Positions 9,513 to 17,537 of a stretch of DNA of 64,000 nt are shown here, in pieces; position 1 is the first letter of the stretch; every line of letters begins with the position of its first letter. A program made the translations under genes and the position numbers. The stretch lies in contig DMZH01000001.1 of the NCBI GenBank assembly GCA_003484955.1, positions 23,848 through 87,847 on the forward strand, written 5' to 3'. Source of the DNA: Candidatus Woesebacteria bacterium (GTDB taxonomy: Bacteria > Patescibacteriota > Microgenomatia > UBA8517). The notes beneath the pieces are model-generated. The model worked only from the letters and a program-made list of their open reading frames with translations, was not told where the DNA came from and did not search any database.

Positions 9513-9716
9513 TTATTTACCCCCCTTTTTCCAAAGGTAACGGATTGCGGCAACCAAGAGTGACACAACCAAAACCCAAACAATTAAGTGCGCTATCCCG
9601 AAAAATCCGGCAAAAGGCTGCACTCCGCCGTAATAACTTTGCATCATCTGCTTCATATAATCAGGCGCAGAACTCCAATCACCGTTAAAATAATTACCTC
9701 CCATCATTCCCATCAT
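9513..9716 (-). CDS. Small Met/Gly-rich membrane protein
   Basis: MMGMMGG...MKQMM plus C-terminal TM; the track's GTG at 9725 is part of the SD GGGGGTGA, so ATG 9716 is preferred. Confidence 0.65.
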   Translation of the reverse strand: MMGMMGGNYFNGDWSSAPDYMKQMMQSYYGGVQPFAGFFGIAHLIVWVLVVSLLVAAIRYLWKKGGK

Positions 9717-9749
9717 TTTTATCACCCCCTTTAACCAAAAACTAGCAGC

Positions 9750-10592
9750 TCATATAATTTTGCATAATTCATTAATTTCTTTTTCGACTTGAGATATTTT
9801 GGCAGTGTCCAATCCCAAATTCTGTAGTATATCTTTATTATGCAACAATTCTTTACAAAGAACCATATCTTCATTCAAGAGCTGTTGTTTATCCCCTGCA
9901 TCCAGAGTAGTTAAACATGTAACCGGATGTAATCCCGATTGGTCAATGAGCACTTCCAAGCCCTCATTTACAGGGTAGTTCCACCCTATTGGCTTCATAC
10001 CGACACATTGAGCATAAGTAATTGCATCGCTTGTTAATTTGGTATTGGTAACCAACCAAGCCTCATGAAATTTCTGAGTATGATCTTTATTTTTTAACCA
10101 GGCATTTCGCACGTCCTCAAAGCGTGCTTGTATATAAAGAGGTATCTTAACATCCGATTTAGTGCCCGGCTGATTATGGAACTTACACTCGACCATGATA
10201 TGTTGATTTTCTTTCTCGGCTACAACATCAATTTCATGGGAAACACAAATCCCCTGAACAATGACGCCGACTTGAGTGGAAAACCCCTTTGTTTTCAAAA
10301 CCTCACTGACCAACTTTTCAAACGGATGACCTGTCGGACCCAATTCCATAATAGCCCGTTTTAAGGAGTACTTTCCCGCTACCGAGCGATCATGTTTATT
10401 AAGCAGTGAAAACGCGTGCTTGTAGATATCTTGCGTGCTTGCACCGTTTTTGAGTTCTCCCGTAATATGTGAGACTATATTCTCGACAACATCCGGAGAA
10501 GTCCCTACCCGTTCGAGTGAACGGCGCAGTTTATCTTCCGAAAATGGCTCCAGCTCACCCGAGGCTTTTTTAATCAATATTTGTTTATTCAT
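9750..10592 (-). CDS. ATP-cone domain + PD-(D/E)xK (Mrr-like) restriction-endonuclease-domain protein
   Basis: N-terminal IKKASGELEPFSEDKLRRSL (ATP cone); FEKLV...EIDVVAEK...VECK...WLVTN nuclease motifs. Confidence 0.8.
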   Translation of the reverse strand: MNKQILIKKASGELEPFSEDKLRRSLERVGTSPDVVENIVSHITGELKNGASTQDIYKHAFSLLNKHDRSVAGKYSLKRAIMELGPTGHPFEKLVSEVLKTKGFSTQVGVIVQGICVSHEIDVVAEKENQHIMVECKFHNQPGTKSDVKIPLYIQARFEDVRNAWLKNKDHTQKFHEAWLVTNTKLTSDAITYAQCVGMKPIGWNYPVNEGLEVLIDQSGLHPVTCLTTLDAGDKQQLLNEDMVLCKELLHNKDILQNLGLDTAKISQVEKEINELCKII

Positions 10593-10598
10593 ATCTGT

Positions 10599-11315
10599 CT
10601 ACTTCTTCTTAAAACTTATCGTCCTTGCCCCAACCAAAAATTCATACATTGGTCCCCAGACAAGACCCCATGAGAGCCCCCAAAGCATTTCTGTCCAAGG
10701 TATGTGTTTAAAAATAATTATCCCCTGCTCCGTTCCCGACAGTTTCCAGATTCTCTCTACCCAAAAGTGACTTTGAGGGAAAAACTCCTGTCCCAAGAAA
10801 TAGATTATAAACATTGTACCGGCTACCAAAAATGCTGAACCTACAGCATGAATTAACAAATCCGGCCGCAAAACTAACATAACTATCGCAAATATAACCA
10901 TTCCAATAGAACTCGCATAAATTGAGTTTAAGCCTAATAAGTTATTCAAAATAATCATGGCAAACCCTTCTATTGCAAAAAAGACCAATAAAAACAGTTC
11001 ATGCCTTCCTTTTTTCTCCACACATTTACAAACACCTCTTACAAATAAAGACTCATAGGCAAAGGCCCCTATCCCTCCGATGGAAAATCCAAAGAGTAAA
11101 TCTTCAACTCCGCCAATAATCGGTAACGGCAATGCGATTTCAGGCTTCCAATAATCCGCAAAATACCAGATCTCAGAAATCGGGCCAAATGAAGCCGTAA
11201 TCAAGCTCATAATCAACATCGGACGCCTTAGGCTTTTTACTCTCCAGTAGATAAATAACCACACAGCCAGAAAGAAAAAATTCGCAATGAGATAAGTATA
11301 TTTGTAATTAGCCAT
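10599..11315 (-). CDS. Lycopene-cyclase-domain-like polytopic membrane protein
   Basis: Two internal repeats (DYW..GVEDLLFGF / IW..IPWTEMLWGL), ~7 TM segments. Confidence 0.55.
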   Translation of the reverse strand: MANYKYTYLIANFFFLAVWLFIYWRVKSLRRPMLIMSLITASFGPISEIWYFADYWKPEIALPLPIIGGVEDLLFGFSIGGIGAFAYESLFVRGVCKCVEKKGRHELFLLVFFAIEGFAMIILNNLLGLNSIYASSIGMVIFAIVMLVLRPDLLIHAVGSAFLVAGTMFIIYFLGQEFFPQSHFWVERIWKLSGTEQGIIIFKHIPWTEMLWGLSWGLVWGPMYEFLVGARTISFKKK

Positions 11316-12153
11316 TATAATTGGTCTGATTTAAGTTACCGACAAACTTTTCAGGTTCTTTTTTGAATTCGTTCATACACCCCTCGGAGCAAAAAAAGTA
11401 TTCTTTCCCCTTAATGGTCGTTTTATTAGCCCCTTTTTCTATGCTCATTCCACATACAGGATCGGTTGTCATTTTACCTATTTCTTTAAATATGCCATCT
11501 TCAAGCCATAGGATTCTATCCGCCACATCTCTGATTCTATTGTCATGAGAGACGATAAGAACGCTTTTTCCTTTCTTTTTGGCGACTTCTCTTAGGAGTT
11601 CCATTACTTCGTGTCCGACTTTAGAATCCAAGTTAGCTGTCGGCTCATCGGCCAAAATTATATCCGGGTCATTAACCAGAGCCCGTGCAATTGCCACCCT
11701 TTGTTTCTCTCCTCCGGAAAGATTTGCCGGAATATCGTTCATTCTGTCTGCCAATCCCAAACGCTTCAGAATCTCTTCGGACTTTTCTACCGCATTACCC
11801 CCATTTCCGGCAAATTCCGCAACCACCTGAACATTTTCTTTTGCAGTTAGGGAAGCCAAAAGAAGAAATTGCTGAAAAATAAAGCCTACCTCGGAAAGTC
11901 TTTTTTTGGTTAATATGTCCTCACCCATTCCGCCAATATCACTTCCGTTTAAAATAACTTTACCTGAGGTTGCCTTTAGTATCCCTCCACCTATTGAAAG
12001 GAGAGTCGTTTTACCGGAACCTGAAGGTCCCATTATTAAAACAATTTCTCCCTTTTTAACTTCCAGATCGACTCCGTTGAGCGCTTTCACCTGGGCATGA
12101 CCTTCACCAAACGCCTTGGTTATTTTGTGTAAGTCTAAAATTATGTTTGTCAT
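11308..12153 (-). CDS. ABC transporter ATP-binding protein (LolD/MacB-type) with C-terminal YHS domain
   Basis: GPSGSGKT, LSGGEKQRV, ILADEPT; C-terminal DPVCGM...YFFCSEGC...F...PEKF. Confidence 0.9.
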   Translation of the reverse strand: MTNIILDLHKITKAFGEGHAQVKALNGVDLEVKKGEIVLIMGPSGSGKTTLLSIGGGILKATSGKVILNGSDIGGMGEDILTKKRLSEVGFIFQQFLLLASLTAKENVQVVAEFAGNGGNAVEKSEEILKRLGLADRMNDIPANLSGGEKQRVAIARALVNDPDIILADEPTANLDSKVGHEVMELLREVAKKKGKSVLIVSHDNRIRDVADRILWLEDGIFKEIGKMTTDPVCGMSIEKGANKTTIKGKEYFFCSEGCMNEFKKEPEKFVGNLNQTNYNG

Positions 12154-12176
12154 GACAAAGTTGTCACAAACTCCGT

Positions 12177-13340
12177 CTATGATCTAAAAACCATAGCGGG
12201 ATCTGTTTTGGCAATTCTTGTTATTGGAATATAGGTCGCAACAAAGCTCATGATAATTGAGGAAGCAAATGCCAAAAGATATATTTGTAAGTTAAATTCC
12301 ACAACCATATTGATTACATCCACCACCAACTTCGAAACCAAGAAAGCCAGTATTACACCAAAAATATAACCAATAATCGATGACCACAGGGCTTGTTCAA
12401 AAACAATCAAAAAAAGTTTCTTTCTGGAGGCGCCGATAGCTTTCAGGACACCATATTCCTTTATTTTTTCCATTGTTGCCGTGTAAATAGTCAACCCCAC
12501 AACAACCGCTCCCGTAGCAAAACCGATAATTGTAATTACAAAAATAATCGGGACAAATGTATCCATTAAAGCTTTAGCATTGCTCTTGGCAAAGTCGCTT
12601 TTTTTATAAGCGGTGATTCCCGGAATGTTTGACTCCAATTTCTCCGCTATTTCTGAAGCACGGGAGGGATCGGTCAATGAAATGAGGATGAAATTCGCCC
12701 TGCCTTTTTGCCGCAAAATTTCCTGCGCTTCATCCAAATCAACAAATGCCCTTGTATAAAGCATCATGTTGTTTTTATCCGTAATTCCGACAATAGTGAA
12801 TACCTCATCAAATACTTCGACCGAATCGCCAATTGTAAGTCCGTTTTGTTTGGAAAAAACCCTATCAACGATAATTTCGCGTTTTCCGGGAGTTTTGGTT
12901 CCGGACAAAAGTATCGGCGGGCCCCCGACACCCGTTTCCGTATCAAAACCCATGAGGGTGATTGTTGCCTTTTTTGCTTTTTTATTTTCACCTTTCTTGC
13001 GTCCCGCAAAGTCTACGATTTTACTTCCGTCTTCTTCCCTAACCCGGACATTTGTGGTTCTATTTACAAGACCATATACTTTTCCGCCGCTTATGGTTTC
13101 CACTTGGCTCATTTTGTTTGCATCAAGAAGCGAAAAAGTGTGTGACATGTCGGTTACACCCTCCTGAGCGATAACCAAATCTGCAGCGAAACTCTCAACA
13201 TAATCTATAAGAAGTCTGTTGAAAGCATTATAGATACCAAGAAGAAATACTATCAGGAGAATCGAAAAGGCTACACCCCCAACCGAAACAAAGAATCTGG
13301 TTTTTTCAGCAAATAAATTTTTGCGGGCGATACTCACCAT
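12177..13340 (-). CDS. ABC transporter permease, MacB/FtsX family
   Basis: One N-terminal TM, large extracytoplasmic loop, three C-terminal TMs; KEYGVLKAIGA, DPAMVFR. Confidence 0.9.
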   Translation of the reverse strand: MVSIARKNLFAEKTRFFVSVGGVAFSILLIVFLLGIYNAFNRLLIDYVESFAADLVIAQEGVTDMSHTFSLLDANKMSQVETISGGKVYGLVNRTTNVRVREEDGSKIVDFAGRKKGENKKAKKATITLMGFDTETGVGGPPILLSGTKTPGKREIIVDRVFSKQNGLTIGDSVEVFDEVFTIVGITDKNNMMLYTRAFVDLDEAQEILRQKGRANFILISLTDPSRASEIAEKLESNIPGITAYKKSDFAKSNAKALMDTFVPIIFVITIIGFATGAVVVGLTIYTATMEKIKEYGVLKAIGASRKKLFLIVFEQALWSSIIGYIFGVILAFLVSKLVVDVINMVVEFNLQIYLLAFASSIIMSFVATYIPITRIAKTDPAMVFRS

Positions 13341-14338
13341 CTGATTATTTCTCCATCCTCAACTCCTTCCAGAACTTCCCAATTTACACCGTCAAAGATT
13401 CCAAGTTTTATCTTCTTCTCACCTAAACCGGTTTTAACAAAACTATTCCCTCCATTTTTGTAGACAGCTTCTTTTGGAACCAGTAAAACATCTTTCCTAT
13501 CTTCAAGTGTAATTTCCGTATCTCCGTTTATTCCGATGATCGGCTTTTCGGGAAAGTTTTCAAGTTTTATTCTGACACCGACAACGTCACCACCTTCAGT
13601 TTGAGTCACGGACTGTGCAATATAATAAACTTCACCATCAAATTTTCTATCCGGATATGCATCGAAAGAAACTACTGCCTTTTGACCGACTTTTACATTC
13701 TGTATATTCTCTTCGTCTACCTCTGCCGAAAAGTAAACCGTGTCAGGATCAATCAAGACTATTCCGGGTTCCAGAGAAAATGCTGAAACCCATTCGTTAA
13801 CTTCTAAACTTTGAGTTATAACAACACCCGAAAAAGGAGCATAAAGTGCACTATCGGTGATAGACTTTTTAGCACTCTCCACAGATTTTACTGCTTTATC
13901 TTTTTTTACTTCCGCTTGAGTTCTTGTTTGTTTTTGAGTGTAGGTTTCATCCGTATCGTGTCCTTTAACCTCATCATATATTTTGGCAAGCTCTGCCTCT
14001 GCTTGACGCAAATCGTCTTGTGCGCGGCCTAAAGACAAAGACAGCTCTTCTACGTCAAGACGGGCCAGAACTTCATCTTTCTTAACCTGATCTCCCTCAG
14101 AAGCTTCGACCGAATCCACCCGTCCCGTTGCCTTAAATGAAAGTTCTGCTTTTTTTTCGGCATCAAGTTTTCCGGAAGCCGATAAAAAAGAGCGTATATC
14201 GCCCCTGCCTATTTTACCCTCATTTTTCGGATTTACCTGAATTAAAAAATAAGCCAGAAGCACGGCTAGAACGAGTCCAATCAGGATAAAAGGCTTTTTG
14301 AAAAAAACTTTCATTTTTAGAATAATACCTGTCTTCAT
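13334..14338 (-). CDS. Efflux membrane-fusion (periplasmic adaptor) protein, MacA-like
   Basis: TM anchor, G.V..V...EGDQVKKDEVLARLD, coiled hairpin, LYAPFSGV, VDEENI..VKVGQ. Confidence 0.9.
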   Translation of the reverse strand: MKTGIILKMKVFFKKPFILIGLVLAVLLAYFLIQVNPKNEGKIGRGDIRSFLSASGKLDAEKKAELSFKATGRVDSVEASEGDQVKKDEVLARLDVEELSLSLGRAQDDLRQAEAELAKIYDEVKGHDTDETYTQKQTRTQAEVKKDKAVKSVESAKKSITDSALYAPFSGVVITQSLEVNEWVSAFSLEPGIVLIDPDTVYFSAEVDEENIQNVKVGQKAVVSFDAYPDRKFDGEVYYIAQSVTQTEGGDVVGVRIKLENFPEKPIIGINGDTEITLEDRKDVLLVPKEAVYKNGGNSFVKTGLGEKKIKLGIFDGVNWEVLEGVEDGEIIRW

Positions 14339-15366
14339 ACAAAGCTTGCGGTGATACCCAAAGATTGGTCAGTTTTTTGAATAGATTTTTGAGGATCCTG
14401 CTCAATGCCTGAGATTGCTCTGATGGCATCTATATTTTCAGGAATAACTATTGCCTCATTGTGAACTTGATAATAAAAAGCGACGTCCTTGCCCTCCACA
14501 TGCAATAAATCCTCCCAAAATGCGACTTCCCACATATCCGCCCTTGGCCTACCCAAATCCCGCATGAGTTCAGCCAATTGATTCTCTGCCGTCAGTCCGT
14601 CTTTATAGTTAACAGCAACCACCCTCGGACTTGATTTCAAAATTTTTACCACATCATCCTTAGACATCTCCTGATTTAGACGCAGAAAAGCCAAATGAAG
14701 ATGCCCTATTGTGGTCGGAACAGCAATCGCTACCGATAGAATATTTAAGTTCGGTATAACTGTTTGGGCATCCGGTCCTTGATGAGAAGGAATCGAATCT
14801 TCCAAAACTATTGTTCCCAAAGGGCCTTTTAAGTGTGAATCAATGGGGTCTGTCCCGCGCCTTGCCAGTGCCACGTATGCCTTTTCAAGAATCCCTTTTT
14901 GGGTAAACGGGAAAAGAACTCTACAAATCGCCGTAGTATTGCAGGAAACCACTCTTAGACTTTCCTTTCCTATAGCATCTTTATAATTTACCTCCGAAAC
15001 AAAAGAAAATCCGGTAGTGTCGTGCGCTTCTCCCCCCTGAAATATTGATTTAACCTTAGCAGTATCATATTTTGCCTTGTTTTCTTTTCCTATTCCTGCC
15101 GGAGTTGCATCAATTACTACATCTATACTGTTCATGAAATGATCAAAATCACCATTACATCTTACCTGCGCTTTCATTAAATTGCTGCAGGCCTCGGTGT
15201 CTGCTCCAAATATTCTGATTCCTTTTTTGTTTGCAGAAAATAATCGATAATCAGGAGTCCTTGCGGTTACTCCGATAAGTTCCATATCATCTTGCAGTAG
15301 AACAGCATCGGCAATTCTTTTTCCGATTACACCATAACCATTAATACCGACTTTTATTTTATCCAT
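14335..15366 (-). CDS. gap: Glyceraldehyde-3-phosphate dehydrogenase, class II (archaeal-type, phosphorylating)
   Basis: VGINGYGVIGKRIADAV..QDDM, IFQGGE, catalytic RVVSCNTT, PSHQGPD, VIPENIDAIRA. Confidence 0.9.
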   Translation of the reverse strand: MDKIKVGINGYGVIGKRIADAVLLQDDMELIGVTARTPDYRLFSANKKGIRIFGADTEACSNLMKAQVRCNGDFDHFMNSIDVVIDATPAGIGKENKAKYDTAKVKSIFQGGEAHDTTGFSFVSEVNYKDAIGKESLRVVSCNTTAICRVLFPFTQKGILEKAYVALARRGTDPIDSHLKGPLGTIVLEDSIPSHQGPDAQTVIPNLNILSVAIAVPTTIGHLHLAFLRLNQEMSKDDVVKILKSSPRVVAVNYKDGLTAENQLAELMRDLGRPRADMWEVAFWEDLLHVEGKDVAFYYQVHNEAIVIPENIDAIRAISGIEQDPQKSIQKTDQSLGITASFV

Positions 15367-15369
15367 AAA

Positions 15370-15525
15370 TTAACAACATCCTTTCTTCTCTTTTGATTTC
15401 TCAAGGTCTGACTTTCCAAGTTTATATAAATATCTGCCGACTAAAGACTTGGGAACTACATCTTCCTTTACGTCAGATCCTTTAATCTTACCTTTTTTTG
15501 AATGATTTGAACAACAATCAGACAT
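15370..15525 (-). CDS. 51-aa microprotein with Cys-Cys pairs at both termini (putative metal-binding)
   Basis: Hand translation MSDCCSNHSKKGKIKGSDVKEDVVPKSLVGRYLYKLGKSDLEKSKEKKGCC*; fills the gap between the YHS gene and gap. Confidence 0.75.
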   Translation of the reverse strand: MSDCCSNHSKKGKIKGSDVKEDVVPKSLVGRYLYKLGKSDLEKSKEKKGCC

Positions 15526-15530
15526 AATAA

Positions 15531-15725
15531 TTACTTGCCTTTTCTAAACTTTTCCCTTTCTTCCTCGGGAACCCAATAATCGGGATATGCGTCAAATAAG
15601 TGTTTATCGTTTTCCGTGTCAAAATAATACACCTTCCCTAAAAACTCCGATGAAAACTTCATTCGGGATTTGGGCATAACCATCCCACACACGACATCTT
15701 TTACCATTTCTTCCGGATTGTCCAT
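15531..15725 (-). CDS. YHS domain protein (divergent)
   Basis: KDVVCGM...GKVYYFDT...F...PD.W; ATG 15725 in TAATG overlap with the upstream stop. Confidence 0.75.
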   Translation of the reverse strand: MDNPEEMVKDVVCGMVMPKSRMKFSSEFLGKVYYFDTENDKHLFDAYPDYWVPEEEREKFRKGK

Positions 15726-15982
15726 TACTTTGTAAATCGATTGTAGAGCCAGGCAAACAGCCATCCTGTGAGCCAGGAAACGACCGTAAAGCTAACAAGT
15801 CCCAACAAAAATCCTTCCGGTGCACTTTTCCAAACTCCGCTCAGGTCTAACATATGCATCCAGCTTTCCGCCACGGATTTATATAAACCAGGAAGCCAGG
15901 AGGCAACCACAAAACAGCCTACAAAATAAATAGCTCCGAGTAAACCACTGGCATTTGCAAAGGCAGATTCTTTTAATTTCAT
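15725..15982 (-). CDS. Two-TM membrane protein, DUF5676-like
   Basis: YFVGC...SWMHMLDL...FLLGLV...FAWLYNRF; strong SD GGGGGTGA. Confidence 0.7.
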   Translation of the reverse strand: MKLKESAFANASGLLGAIYFVGCFVVASWLPGLYKSVAESWMHMLDLSGVWKSAPEGFLLGLVSFTVVSWLTGWLFAWLYNRFTK

Positions 15983-15999
15983 TTATCTCACCCCCTTTT

Positions 16000-16857
16000 T
16001 TATAATTCCCAATTGAAAACTACATTTTTACCGTCTATCCCTTTTATGTTAAGCCCCACGCTTGAGGCTTTACCGGACAACTTATTAAAAACCAGATCTC
16101 CCGAAACATGATGCCCCGCGCTTTCCCCCGTCCATTTTACAGGCTTGTAGATGTTACCCGTGTCATCAACCACAACTACTATCTTTGTATAGTCATAGTT
16201 TAGATCAATTGAATGATTATCGAGTGAAACCGTAAAAACCATTTCTCGCCCACGAGCCAGTTGTTTGGGGGTTATTTCCATATCCACAACACCAACCTGC
16301 TTTACCTGAGCCTCCATCGGATTTACTTTTACGCTGGCGCCAAGTGAGGACGGCTTTTTGGCAAACACATCTTTTGTTATAGTAAACACGCCGAAAGCCA
16401 GAACCAAGACGGCTGATGACATAAATAAATATTTAAAGACGGGTTTATCCGTAAGACGCATAAGTTTGGCCATATAAAAAATTCCCAGAATATTCATAAG
16501 TACGCCAAAAATCAAAAAGTCTTTCTGATAGGCAGTTAAGACCAAACCCAAAGCCGACACTCCCAAGATCGGCAAAAGATCACTGGCATGGTGAACACAA
16601 CAAAGAAGCATTGAAACACCGGACACTGTCGATGAACTTCCAACCAGACGGAAACCCTTCCGGACAAGCTGAAAAAGACCCATCTGCACACCGAAGCTTA
16701 ATATGAGGAGACTTATCCAGGGCTGCAAGATTACAAACTGATCAAGCGAATGACTAATGCCTCCACTCAATAAAGAACTCAGAAGGAAATAAAAAAGTGC
16801 CAGTCCCAATGATCCAAAAATTGACCATTTAGTAAAAATTTGCCAAGGTTTTGTCAT
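16000..16857 (-). CDS. Membrane protein with CCxHH motif and extracellular His-containing domain
   Basis: SMLLCCVHH within the TM region; C-terminal LDNHSIDL and GHHVSG. Confidence 0.7.
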   Translation of the reverse strand: MTKPWQIFTKWSIFGSLGLALFYFLLSSLLSGGISHSLDQFVILQPWISLLILSFGVQMGLFQLVRKGFRLVGSSSTVSGVSMLLCCVHHASDLLPILGVSALGLVLTAYQKDFLIFGVLMNILGIFYMAKLMRLTDKPVFKYLFMSSAVLVLAFGVFTITKDVFAKKPSSLGASVKVNPMEAQVKQVGVVDMEITPKQLARGREMVFTVSLDNHSIDLNYDYTKIVVVVDDTGNIYKPVKWTGESAGHHVSGDLVFNKLSGKASSVGLNIKGIDGKNVVFNWEL

Positions 16858-17531
16858 TTATTCAGTTTTGAAATGTTTGTGAGAAGTTCCTTGTTGTTTA
16901 TCCTCATATCCGGATCGTCTTTTTCATAGCGTATAACCCCATCTCTATCAACAACTACATATGTATGCCCCGGAAATTGGCCCCTGTGCATCGAGGAATC
17001 AACTGTCAAGACCCCGTAACTTTCCGAAACTTTTCTGTCAGAATCAAGTAAGACCGTGGCTGAGGCAATTTTTGGATCCTCCCTGACTACACCATCCCAA
17101 TCGGCTTTTGAATCTACAACGACAACCAAAACAACGGTATTCTCCTTTGAAAATCCTGAATCTTTTGTAAAAGCATTTATTTGATCCCAGCAGGAAGGAG
17201 CACACATGGCTCCCTCACTGAAAAACAAAACCACATTCTTTCCCTTAAAACTTGCAAGATCAACTTCGCGTCCGTCATATGACTGAAGTTTAAAGAGAGG
17301 AGCCGGAGAGCCCAGAAGTGATTGAAATTTGGTATTATCAGCGGGTGGGGGCGGAGCATGCATACCTGCCATATCATCCACCTCAGCCGGCGTTGTCGAA
17401 GCGCCCGCAATTTTACTGTTGCCGGATTTAAGAAGATCCAGTGCCAATATTGCCACAACCAATACCGCGATAAATCCAAGCGCGATTCCGGCTGAAATTA
17501 AAACCTGTTTAATGCTTATACTCTCTTCCAT
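16854..17531 (-). CDS. Membrane-anchored thioredoxin-fold (AhpC/TSA or Sco-like) protein
   Basis: APLFKL...LASFKGKNVVLFF, CAPSC (CxxxC), GHTYVVVDRDG; Met/His linker DDMAGMH. Confidence 0.75.
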   Translation of the reverse strand: MEESISIKQVLISAGIALGFIAVLVVAILALDLLKSGNSKIAGASTTPAEVDDMAGMHAPPPPADNTKFQSLLGSPAPLFKLQSYDGREVDLASFKGKNVVLFFSEGAMCAPSCWDQINAFTKDSGFSKENTVVLVVVVDSKADWDGVVREDPKIASATVLLDSDRKVSESYGVLTVDSSMHRGQFPGHTYVVVDRDGVIRYEKDDPDMRINNKELLTNISKLNK

Positions 17532-17537
17532 AATTTT

